A stretch of 64,000 bases of DNA, taken from the NCBI GenBank assembly GCA_020137815.1, contig CM035360.1, positions 4,464,001 through 4,528,000 of the forward strand, in the 5' to 3' direction. A program made the position numbers and the translations under genes. Below, piece after piece: positions 39,738 to 52,699 of the stretch; within the stretch, counting starts at the first letter, position 1, and every line of letters starts with the position of its first letter. The notes under the pieces were generated by a model, which saw only the letters and a list, made by a program, of their open reading frames with translations, did not search any database and was not told where the DNA came from. This stretch comes from Hormiphora californensis. Taxonomy: Eukaryota; Animalia; Ctenophora.

Positions 39738-40634
39738 AGGTATATTTTTCGGATAAATAAAAGTAAAACAAATACAAGATACGAGCTATACTGATAATAG
39801 ACCTGACACACGAACACTTCAACTACAAAACGTTTTACAGAGATTCAGTGAACACACCACAAAAAGCTGCTATACAAAAAACCTTTTCTTCTCATAATTA
39901 ACTGACATAATAATGTTGACATAATAATACGTTCTCCAGTACTGACATAATATCTTCTCCAATATTTTAACTGACACTTAATATACAAACTACTACGATA
40001 ACATGCGCATACACGCGCTTTATATTTGTACTACAAATATCGAACCTTTGAAAAAACATTACACATGTACCCACTAGCCATACTGCAGCAACGTGGGTAA
40101 AAATCGCAAGCCAGAAAACAAAATTAACTGACTTGATGATACAGGTTGATGTGAGGCTGAAAAAAAACAGAAAATATCAGACTCAGGGTCATATTGTCTG
40201 TATCCAATCTCGTTCGTTCAAAAAACAGAGACACAAATCATAAAACAATACAGTATTGAATACCTGTCTGGCGGCGCCAGACCCCAATTTGATTCTCAAA
40301 TCTGAGCACGCGACAGTGTGCTCAGATGGGTCGCGGCGCCAGACAGTTGAATACCTTGTCCTACATTGCTCCAGAATACGGACGCGTTTACTAAACCGCT
40401 AACTTTAGCTTAAATTCTAGATACCAAGCTACGACAACAGTTTGGCTTCTCCTGATACAACTGAACAATAGCAGCTGTACTCATTTTATAGTCAATACTG
40501 TACTCAAAACTGTACTAAACTGTACTGAGTACTGAGTTTAGTAATTGCTGTACTGAGTACTAAACTGTACTGGTTACTCAATTATACTGTACTCAACTTT
40601 CACTTCCTCTCACTCTTCCTCTCACCCTAGCTAT

Positions 40635-41552
<918 letters not shown>

Positions 41553-42057
41553 TCAACAAGTCATACGTATGGATGCAGATCTGATCACCCTTTTTTTCAT
41601 TCATGAAGTGTTGGCTAATCTCATATTTCAATCGTCAATTTTGTATTTGAAAAAAGCTATTGTGAAATAAAAAAAGAGGATTAAACTAGAAAATGAGCCC
41701 CATGTAGCACTTCTCTCTGTCTGACATCTGTTACGCTTTACGGCCCCCCTTTGTTTCCAAGACAACACCTAATACTCCACGTGGCCGGGTACAAAGTGGT
41801 CACGTGACTAGCCCCAGCTGCAAGAGGAGGACATCTCGCCCCGGCTAACTAAATTAACTGGAACTTGACTAAATCTCTGGGTTCTATGGAGGCAGATCAG
41901 CCCCCCCCCCCCCCCCAGTGGACATATTATAGAACTACACACACAGAATTACAGTATACATATCGAGTACGAGAGGTCAGATCAGTTGATAGTTAGAGAA
42001 AAATAGAGAGAAAATGGAGGGGGAGACTCTAGGACAAGAGAAAGAAAGGTGTGGTTT

Positions 42058-42334
42058 GGGTCACCACACACCAAAGTTAAAATTAAAATTAAAATTTTGA
42101 TTTTAAACCCGCACACACCAGCGGCCGTTAAAATTTCTCTCCCCATTCTAAAAGTAACAATCTCACGCACGATTTTGACGGTCGCGTTGGATGACAAAAT
42201 TTTAACACGCCGTTAAAATCGCGCGCGAGATTGTTACTTTTAGAATGGGGGAGAGAAATTTTAACGGCCGCTGATGTGTGCGGGTTTAAAATCAAAATTT
42301 TAATTTTAATTTTAACTTTGGTGTGTGGTGACCC
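42058..42334. mobile_element. Palindromic MITE (~280 bp)
   Basis: GGGTCACCACACACCAAAGTTAAAATT...AATTTTAACTTTGGTGTGTGGTGACCC. Confidence 0.85.
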
Positions 42335-42899
42335 TAACTTGGTTTGGTAGATTTAATTTTCCTAACTTGAAACTTGAGGATACGGGGCCTTCATGGCAGC
42401 TAGGTGTACCATATGAAACACACTGACCTAGTAAGTATGATGATTGCACTAATGAAACTAGAGAAACTGGAATTTCAGTAATATGAAGATACTCTAGACG
42501 TTTTAAACTTCAGGCCAAGTGCAACAGTGGTAATGGAATAACATCAACTTAGTTGGGTACATAAAGGGTGACTATAAAAAGAGAACACTTATTATAATAA
42601 TAGTCATATTGGATATGATTCTATGCATTATTCAGTATCTCAAATATGGTTTGAGTCTCAATGGGTCAGTATTATACTGACCCATTGAGACATCCATTAA
42701 GCTCAAACCATATATTTGAGATTATAATAATAGAGCTTAGTAGATATTTAATGCATCAGACGCGAGGGAACTACTCTAACCAATGCACTGTTCGCAACAG
42801 TAACCATATTACTCTAACTAACAGTAACCATATTACTCTAACTAACAGTAACTATATCAATCTGACTGTGATGAGTTTTTTAGTTAAGTATTTGAATAT

Positions 42900-43290
42900 T
42901 CGATATTGCTTCCTGAAACCCGACCAATGATTCAAAATATTTTTAAGCCCGGACGACTTGATCCAAGTTTTCTTCCCTCTCACGGTATCTCACTCGGATA
43001 ATCAATCATGCATAGTGCTTCGGTAGGTTGACTCTATGGCCCAACCCTGATACACTGTACATAATACAACATGCGTGGACGCATGGATTCTAGCATCATG
43101 TCGAGTATTCGGAGGACGCGTCACTGCATCCGTGATATCAACCCCCATATTGTTATTGAGGACGAGTCGGTTATTCTGTAACTTAAGAGCCCGCAACGGA
43201 TACCAGGATGACGTAGAGGAGCGCTACTAATAAGAAGCAACGTTAACTCTCGTTCTTACCCTTCCATTATTACAATCCCATATTTCGATC
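42900..43290 (-). repeat. Right copy of inverted repeat pair (partner 33283-33690)
   Basis: CGATATTGCTTCCTGAAACCCGACCAATGATTCA...TGTCGAGTATTCGGAGGACG...CCCTTCCATTATTACAATCCCATATTTCGAT. Confidence 0.85.
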
Positions 43291-44199
43291 TACTGCTGTC
43301 CCCCTACTAGCCCACCCCTAATGAACTAGATTAAAAGTTTTCCAATCACACGATTAAATAGAAAGAGGACACGTGGCGACGCATTTTTAAATTTATTTGT
43401 CACCACGTCAAATTTCCACTCGATTCAATTCCTCTCCATGTCTCAGCTGGTAGTGGTTTTTGGCAATTAATAATTGATGAATATTTAATATTAGTCAATT
43501 ATCAAATACTCATGGTTTTTAAACCCAGGGCTTGAATATACTGATAAATTCGCAATCATTGAAAATTCCAACCTAATAAAACCAGTATCCGCGAGCATGA
43601 ATAATGCCGGGGGAGAAATTAAATATGACACGTGATGACAAAACCAGGTTCCGCTCCCTATCTCTCTCTCTCTCTTTCTCTCTCCTCTCTCTTCTCTCTC
43701 AGCTCTATTCTATCCTCTCTCTGCTATCTCTCTCTCTCTCTCTCTCCTCTTCTCTCTCTCTCTCACTTGGTTCCAGAGAGTCAACTGTTTTAAAATAGCG
43801 GTAGGTGGTAGAAGAAAAATATCTTTGGCAGCATTAATGAAAGAAAGAGAGCGGGGAGAGAGGCGGGATGAGAGAGAGAGAAGGAGAGAGGAAGGATGAG
43901 AGAGAGGAGGGATAGAGAGGGAGAGAGTGAGAGAAAGAGAGGGAGAGAGAGAGAGAGAGCGAGATGAGATGAGAGAAGAGAAGAGAGACGAGGAGACGAA
44001 GGAGAGCAGAGAGAGAGACTCTGTTGACGCCGTGGGGGTGCTGATAAACGCTAATCACCCGCTAATCGTCCAGCATTTATTGAAGATAAGAATAATTATG
44101 GCATTATTATACTTAGTAGAATCTTTGGTTTTGCCCCCCCCAAGGGGGGTGCGACTCTCTGTCTCTTTAATTCAACAAAACACATAACCGTCTCTCTCT

Positions 44200-44240
<41 letters not shown>

Positions 44241-46041
44241 TCTCTCTCTTCCTCTCTCTCTTCTTCTCTCTCTTTCTCACTGCTCATGGCAGGGAAAATT
44301 TTTTAGGCGGGAATTGATCCTGCCCTAATCATATGCGTGTTCAGTCTACCCGCAATAATAAGTACTTATCTACGGCTTACTGGTGACTGGAACAATGCTG
44401 ATATCATACTAGCTCCGCTTCAAATCAAGTTGGAATCAAGTCACTATTGTGGGTGCACTTCCATCCAGCTACTTTGGGAGGAACCAAGTTGTCGGTAAAT
44501 CCTTACTAAAGTGCCCCTCAGGGGAACCATGTTACCGATAAAACAAGTCCCGAGGTCACTGGGATGGCCATTGGTGGTAATTTCTTAGATTCTGGTCTGG
44601 CTCCCGAAGGGGGTGATCGTATCAATGATGACGACAAGAAGATAGCTCCCAATTTAATTCCATTGACATGCTCTGAAAACTAAAATTACAATTTCTCCCA
44701 ATAGTTCCCAATAGTTCTAGCTCAGAAGGAGAGAGAAAGAGGGTTAGAGAGGGAGAGAGAGAGAAAGAGAGAAAGAAAGAAAGAGAGAACGTGAGATAGA
44801 TAGATAGATAGATGGAGAGGGGTAGCTCAGTTTTGACAGGGTTTAATAGAAATATAACGTCAAACAGGAGGGGGGTTTAATCTACCTTTCCCAACAGAAT
44901 TAAATTCTGCGCTATTTAGGTCTGTCAATCTTTCCTCGATTCTGACAACCAAGTAAATTAAAATGATCAAAAGGAGGGCAGTATTTAATTTATTTTTCGT
45001 TCACAAGGGTATGGAATCGAAGGAATGAGAGAGTGAAATAGAAAGAAAAAGACGGAGAGAGAGACACAGAGTGAGAAAGATAGGAAACGAAAAGTAGGAT
45101 AGAGGACCTGTCAGGGAAAGACGGTCCAATATAATTGGAATATTTATCTAGATTAAATTGAACTAGGGTTCTCAGTTCCAAGTATTGTTGATATTGAAAC
45201 TGTCAATAGTGCAACCTTCCAGCACCTGAGAATGGCAATACCTTGGCTGTCAGTGTTATCCTCACATAAATAGATTCAGATAAACCTTCATAGTATTCCA
45301 TGAGCCAGTTGTAATGAACTCGACAATTAGGAGGGGGATACCAAAACAGGGCGTGCAATTGACACATAGTTAGCTGCCTGTCAAGTGAAGGAGCTGGAGA
45401 TAAAATATATGATTGAGTGATAACCGAATCTGCATTATCAGTCAACATGGGGAGAGAGGGAGCTGTTAACTATGTGCGATTCACGCACTTCACACGCTGG
45501 GTTTTTTGGGGTCGTGGGTCGCTTAGGGAAACCATGGTAACGGTATTGGTGTCATGGCAACTAATAAGGGTTACCAGCTGGTGCATGGTGGGTGGTCCTA
45601 GCATAGGAGGTTTCAGCAGGGACCAAGTGTTGGGGTGGCTGTATTGGAAAACTAAAGAAGATCCATGGGGCTGGAGGATGAAGTTTTTTGCATGAGAAGA
45701 GGGTAGTGCAGAAGCCTAGGCTAGAGAATGTTGGCCTTCCTGGAAAATAATACATCGTTTTAGGGATTGAGTTGTGCTGCAATTAGGCCGAAGATCAATG
45801 TTTTTGTGTATGATAGAGAGTGAGAGAGAGTGAGAGAGATGAGTAGAGAAGAGAGAGAGGAGAGCATGAGAGAGAGAGAGAGAGTGAGAGAGAGAGAGAG
45901 AGAGAGTAATAGAGAGAGGGGGGATGTGAAGATGATGATTTACGCCCTAATTTTCCTGTCAACGATTCCCATAACTAAAGATCAATAGATCGTGATCTAT
46001 CATCACTTTATGCCCCAACATGATTTCCCTCACACTCTCTC

Positions 46042-46079
<38 letters not shown>

Positions 46080-46347
46080 CTCTCTTCTCTCTCTCTCTCT
46101 CTCTCTCTCTTCTCGCTCCCCTCTCTGCATGTATGAGGGTTCCCTCAGGATAGCTTTATAGTTCAGGAATCAGGAGACGCCGGGGATTAACTAATGATAG
46201 ATGTATATTTTATCGGAATATATTTAACAAATTTGGGGGACATTATATTCTGTATCATCCACAGCTGATCAGGTGGCAAAATGAAGGAGCTGATCGCGAG
46301 CCTAGCATATATCATGGACCCTGCTAAAATAATGTCTGGCACCCCAT

Positions 46348-46418
<71 letters not shown>

Positions 46419-46659
46419 CACTTCTTATTACGGGACATCATCAGTAATTCCATCAGGCTAATAGTCATAATTCAAAATCACATGTTCTACGTATGGGCGT
46501 GCTGCCGTTAGGATTGCTATTTGTTGCGTAGTGTAATTTTCGGGTAATATGGTGACTGGAAAGAGAAAGTTGGATGAAGACGAGAGGGAGAAGGAGAGAG
46601 AGGAGAGGGGAGAGGAGAGAGGGAGAAGAGAGAGAGAGAGAGAGAGCAGAGAGAGATGC

Positions 46660-46712
<53 letters not shown>

Positions 46713-46745
46713 TGGAGAGAGAGGAAGAGAGAGAGGAGGAGCGAG

Positions 46746-46782
<37 letters not shown>

Positions 46783-47689
46783 AGGAATTCAAAAGAACAG
46801 ACCAGGTGCACATGTTTCATAAAACGTCATATTACACCGTTGTTCGTTGACAACATAATCGGAGGTAGGAGCTGGTTAAAATGGGTACACTGTGCTACCC
46901 CACGACCCTGACATCAGAATAATTATAATCGGTTTTGTTCTTAGAACTATTTTGGTTGAACAGGTGGGGAGAGAGAGGTTGGATGGGAGGGTATGATGGA
47001 TTAATTTTATTGAACAAGGGTGGGGGAGTAAGATCGTGATTATTTGGTTGGTTAGTAGATAGGGTAGCTTTCCTGATCTATAGAAGAGAAAGAAAAGATA
47101 GAGAAAAGAGAGCGAGAGAAAGAGAGAAAGAGGGAGAGAGATATAGATGGAAAGAGGGAGAGAGAAAAAGATTTAGTAGCTCTTCTCACCATGGGTGCAC
47201 GGCGGTTGAATTAATTTTGCCTTCCGGTTAATTAATTTAAAATTACTATGATTCAACACACGCCTATAGCTCTAGATCGACACGCCTGAAAGAGTTTGGG
47301 CGATGAGAAAAAAAAACTATTTGAGTTGGGCTGTGGGAAAATAAGATATCATCGAGATGTGGATTACCATTTCGATTCAGTTAAATCTCGATTTTTTTTC
47401 CATAATGTTAATATATTATCGGACACTTATTGTCTCCGAACAACCAGCTCTTTGAAACAACCAGTATATTATACCCACTAAATACCCACTAAATATATAT
47501 TTGGTCACGTGATATTATTGTCACGTGGCCACGTTCATTCGACACGTGTTAGTTCATCGTACTAAGTGAAGGGGTGGTACGAGAATTCTTCATTCAATAG
47601 GGGGCAGGTTTAAAACCGTTAAATTTTATTAATCTTTTGGCGGCCATGCTATCTCTTTCACTCATTTTCTACCCCCCCTCTATCTTCTT

Positions 47690-47732
<43 letters not shown>

Positions 47733-48250
47733 CCCTCTCTCTGCCATTCATTTTCTGGACATGGTATCTATCACCCGAATTAAAGCTTGTGCTCTGAAAT
47801 AACATCATTCATCCCACACAGTCAAGATCTACTATTTAGCTGGGCACGATGATCAATCTTTCATTTTCAAACTATTGGATTAGCACTATGCATTGAATTA
47901 TTTGATAATGAGACGTCCTTAAAATTGATAGATCGAAGATCTAAGCACCAAATTAATACAGCGTATATATATCTTTTCAATTGGTCGTGTGAAATAATAG
48001 AGAGAGAGGGGGAAGGAGAGAGATACATCGAGATAGAAGTGAGAGAGATATATAACACATAATATAAATCACATGATAAATATAAATTCACTAGTTGGTG
48101 GATATCTCGCGAGGGAGGAAATTTGCCATTGCATTGATCTTAGTACTACTTAGTACTACAGCTATCTCTCAAGTGATCTATATTCGAACAGCTGCCACTC
48201 TGCAGTAACACAGGAGATATTAGTGAGAGAGAGAGAGTGAGAGAGAGAGA

Positions 48251-48302
<52 letters not shown>

Positions 48303-48849
48303 TAAGCTGTCAAGTAGCTTAAAAGTTGAAAGTGGGCTAGTAAAATAAAGGATGATTCACAATGATAGATACCAATGACTGATGTCATCGTTATAGATAT
48401 ATTGAAACATTTTTTAGTAGCTCATGATCGATACAGGATACAGGGTTTGTTTGTTTTTTGATACAGGACACAGGGTGATACTGCATGGTTTCAGGGTGAT
48501 GTTTGTACTGAGATTGTACTGTCCCGGGGCCTATGTAATATTGATTTGACTCGATATTGCTGTCTGAGCATTGGCCTTACCCTATTCTCGGAGCGTGCGA
48601 GAACTGTGGTCAGAGCATTGGCCTGACAGTGATATTGGGGTCTTTTGAAGTTTTAAATTGCTCAATCCGCACAAAATGCAAATTTTAAATTAAAACACCA
48701 CCTTTTTACAATACAAAAAAGTTTCTTGACTAGCCTCAGACTCTCCATATTGCCCCGACCCATTCCCAAACTAGCGGTCTTTTGTAATGATAATTTCATA
48801 GCTCTCTCTCTCTTTTTATATATTTCTCTCTCTCTCTCTGTCTCTCTCT

Positions 48850-48972
<123 letters not shown>

Positions 48973-49277
48973 TTCTCTAACAAACGATGTCGCACCTTAA
49001 ATGCCCTCAGTCCTCACTGTATAAAAGCTGTAATTTTAATCGAGCTGCCGATAAATAGGGGGATTTGCATAGAGGGCATTTTAGTTGCCACTCTATCGAT
49101 GGAGAGGGAAAGAGAGAAGAGAGAGAGAAAGGGGATGGAGAGATAGAGAGGGGGAGTTGTTGTATTGGGATTCATCTTATCGGTAGCTAATAAAAGGTAT
49201 CAATAAAAAGTTGGTATCAAAGTGCTAAAACATCTCCCAACCCCTTTTAGATCACGGGTGAACACGAGAGTGCCACG

Positions 49278-51870
49278 ATGCTACCACGGGGAATCGATTT
49301 CCCATGGAGATCTAATGTGACTACATCCACTGCCCAACTACTCGCTGCCAAATACCATTATGGGACGCCTAGCGGACAGAGGTAAAATATATTTCATCTA
49401 GCTTGAATCTGGATCATTCGATCAAGTGGCAGGCGGCAGCTGTGGCTTGATCGAGAATCTGGATTCACATTTCTGTCTTCTGATATCAGTTTGTCAAGAA
49501 CCTGCCAAGGATGCAGTTAGATTCTTCCCTAAATGATAATGTATCAGTGCAACCATCATTCATAAAGGCCAGAGTCTTGACTGAGGGGTAAATTTGTAAA
49601 TTGGCCCTCAGTCACAACTTCAAAGGCAAATTTCATCAAGTCTGTAGCGCGCGGCAACACCATTGCTTTGTCCCCAACAATTTTCACCACTCGGCCTCCG
49701 CGCGCGCAGAGCCCACCAGGCCCACTTGAGCGGTGAATTGGCCTTGCCGACACGCTCCAATGCACCTGCACTTCGCCACGTGAGGTAGGGGACATTATTG
49801 TGCCCTTAATTAGTAGCATGACACAGAGGAAGCGACCTCCTTCTGCATTTTCCCCATAATTGAGTTGTCACCCCTGCACACCCTTTTTTCACCCCTCTCT
49901 CTCCACCAATCAACACTCTCGGGTTGTTGTTTTTTGTGTAATTTGACAGACTTATTGTCGCCAGACTAACACAAGAGGGCGGCTTCCGCTTCCCGTTGTT
50001 AGTAATAATAGTCAGCTAAAACGTACCAATTACCAAATACCCAGTAGAAATGGTGGGCGGACTCTAGTGCTAACGGACTCTTTATCTAAATTCAAGGCGG
50101 ACTCTATATCTAAAAGCGGACTCTTTATCTACAGTTAGACTTTGAAAAAAGTTTAGATAAAGAGTCCGCCCAGTGTAGACTTTTTAGATATAGAGTCCGC
50201 ACTGTGTAGACTTTTTAGACATAGAGTCCCCTGGTACATTTTGGCGCCAAATCCCCCAACCCGACTCTATGTCTAAAATCCTAAACCAACCAAAACCTAA
50301 CCCCAACCATAACCCTAACCCTAACCTCGAACCCAAATAATGGCCCTAACACTTCTCAATTAGTATAGAGGTACAGCAAACTCTCGTTTCCGGCCTAACG
50401 GCCGAAATCTCGAGTTCGCTGAGAATGGCGGACTCTATGTCTAATTTAGATTTATTTTTATGTAGATATAGAGTCCGCTCTTTGTAGACTTTTTAGATAA
50501 AGAGTCCGCCCTGTTTAGACTTTTTAGAGATAGAGTCCTCCTTGAGTTTAGACTTATTTGGACTCTTTATCTAAATTTAAATTTAGATATAGAGTCCACT
50601 GTAGACTTAGAGTGTAGCACTAGAGTCCGCACACCAGTAGAAATAAGCATGGAAGTAGCAGCCAAAGACCATGCCCAGTCTTGCCTTGCTCGACCCTCTC
50701 TCTCCACCTCATCCCAATTTAAATATCCTTCACTTTCAGAAGGAAAAGGACGGCATTCAGCCCAGCTACAACCCTGGCCCTGGAGGAGTTTGCCAATAGT
50801 ATCAACTGGAAAAGAGGGGAAAGCGAGAAAATTACAGATTTTGCCCTTCGACATGGACTGACATTCTACCAAGTCAAGGTAAAACGGCAGGCCTAGCTGA
50901 TCCCCCTCTTTTATCCTACCTCCCCTTTCATAACACGGCCTGATCTCTCACACACCGACTCAGCTCCATCCCTCCCATGATCTGTATGGCAGTGTCGAGA
51001 ATCAAAAACGGGTCTGACGCCGACAGAAAGTCCACGATCTACCCCTCAAACCATGCCTCTCTCGCACACTCATTTCTCTCTCCCTGTAGGTTTGGATGAA
51101 CAACCACAGGCCAAGAAAGACGATCAGCAACTACCAATACCAACACCCATACACCAAGAACTTCCTACCATCACGTGATCTTAGCAAGGTTAGTAGCTGA
51201 GAAAAACTGAAGAAGGTTTATAAGTTGTGGAAAGTTTCTACAAGAACCATCTCCTTTCTAAGAAGCTAGACCAACACCAATTGTACAATTTTACACTGTA
51301 CATGAGCTTCTTTCCCTCATGGTTTGGTATACAAAATGATCATTACATACCCCCCTCAGGTTATCCAGGCGCTAGGTGAGAACACAAACAGAGTTGCTGC
51401 AGCAGGTGACGCGTTCTCTCTCGGCCAAGCAACAAGTCTACAATACACCCTTCCAATTCACTCTAGCGTGTTACCATCAATCACTAGTCAGGTAAGAAAG
51501 TTTAGTAAAACATCTCTGATTTAGTAAAACATCTCTGATTTACTGAAATCACGTGACCTCATATATTTGAATTTCGCAAAAATATTCGCCCAAAACCCCT
51601 CTCCCAAGGGAGTCCCATCTCTCTTATTGTGTAACTAATCGCTATATATTTCAGATGCCGGAACACAGCAGTGCCTTCACCTCAGTGACAAGCACCCCTG
51701 CAGACACCCCCACTCCCACTCTAACATCCTCCTCCTCATCCCTCCCCATGTCCTCCTCAACAACATCAAGCACCTTCTCAGCGGACCAGCTGATATTCAG
51801 CAGTGCCCTCGATTCAAGGGATTTAGGACAGTTGTTCGGCAAGACAGATAGCCACGGGACTCGATCATAG
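49278..51870 (+). CDS. Atypical homeodomain transcription factor (ZF-HD/PLINC-like homeodomain), 5 exons
   Basis: Phase-consistent exons 49278 (acceptor at 49250)-49381, 50740-50878, 51090-51188, 51360-51491, 51655-51870. Translation MLPRGIDFPWRS...GQR|RKRTAFSPATTLALEEFANSINWKRGESEKITDFALRHGLTFYQVK|VWMNNHRPRK..., followed by an S/T-rich tail. Frame is open back to the acceptor, so upstream exons are possible. Confidence 0.85.
50052..50635. mobile_element. Mutator-type MITE in homeobox intron
   Basis: TIR GGTG.GCGGACTCTAGTGCTA, perfect 9-bp TSD AGTAGAAAT, internal GGACTCT(A/T)TATCTA repeats in both orientations. Confidence 0.85.
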
Positions 51871-52699
51871 TGAATATATTGTTATTGTTGAGAGAACAAT
51901 TGTGAGAGATATGCTTATAATAGTTCTAGGTGCCAAATGTGCAGATGAATCGTATATCAAATGTGTCTATACCGTGTATACAGCGATTCATGATATATGC
52001 GGGTTCAGACTCTCGCCAGTCGATGTATCCCAAAAGCTATTCACAGGGCCTACAAATCCGGTTAATTGTGAGTCAACTGTATAAAATGCGAGGTTTGAGG
52101 GAAAGGAAGAAGTGGATCTGTCTGGCGGCGCTGACCCGAGCTGTATGCACCGTCAGACAGAGACGAGTAGTGTGATGAGATGAAAGTGTCGATTGATTAA
52201 TATTGCCGATATATAGTCAGATGTATAATGTATAGTGGTACTAGTCGAGGGAGATAAGAGAGAACTTTAGGGATAAACAGTTCTTCTTAGGATATTTATT
52301 CAACATGTTCCGACTGTCATGGTGACATGGGAGAGTCGGGTGTCATTTATTCGCTTTTGTTCCACCCCCAAATAATGTTGTTATTATTTGTCACAATTGT
52401 ATTGGCATTGAAAGTGTATCATGTTCGATAGCCTGAACGGCTGGTATAACAGAAGACTGTCAGGCATCACGCCGACAGATGGGTCATCGGACCCTCAACT
52501 ATCAGCCCAAACTTTTCATTCCAATGCCAATACATAATAAATTGTTCAGACAGTCGGGTTAAGGGTTTGGGTAAAGAAATAAATTAAACGGGTTAAAAAT
52601 CTGTCACCTCCAGCTTTTCTCTCATCATGGATTGTGTTTCTATGGAAACACTCTAGAATTCCATCACCATGGTAACACTCTAGAATTCCAAAGTTCCTC

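Noticed and set aside
50295-50330. Telomere-like CCCTAA repeats
   Set aside because: Only a few copies, internal to a MITE
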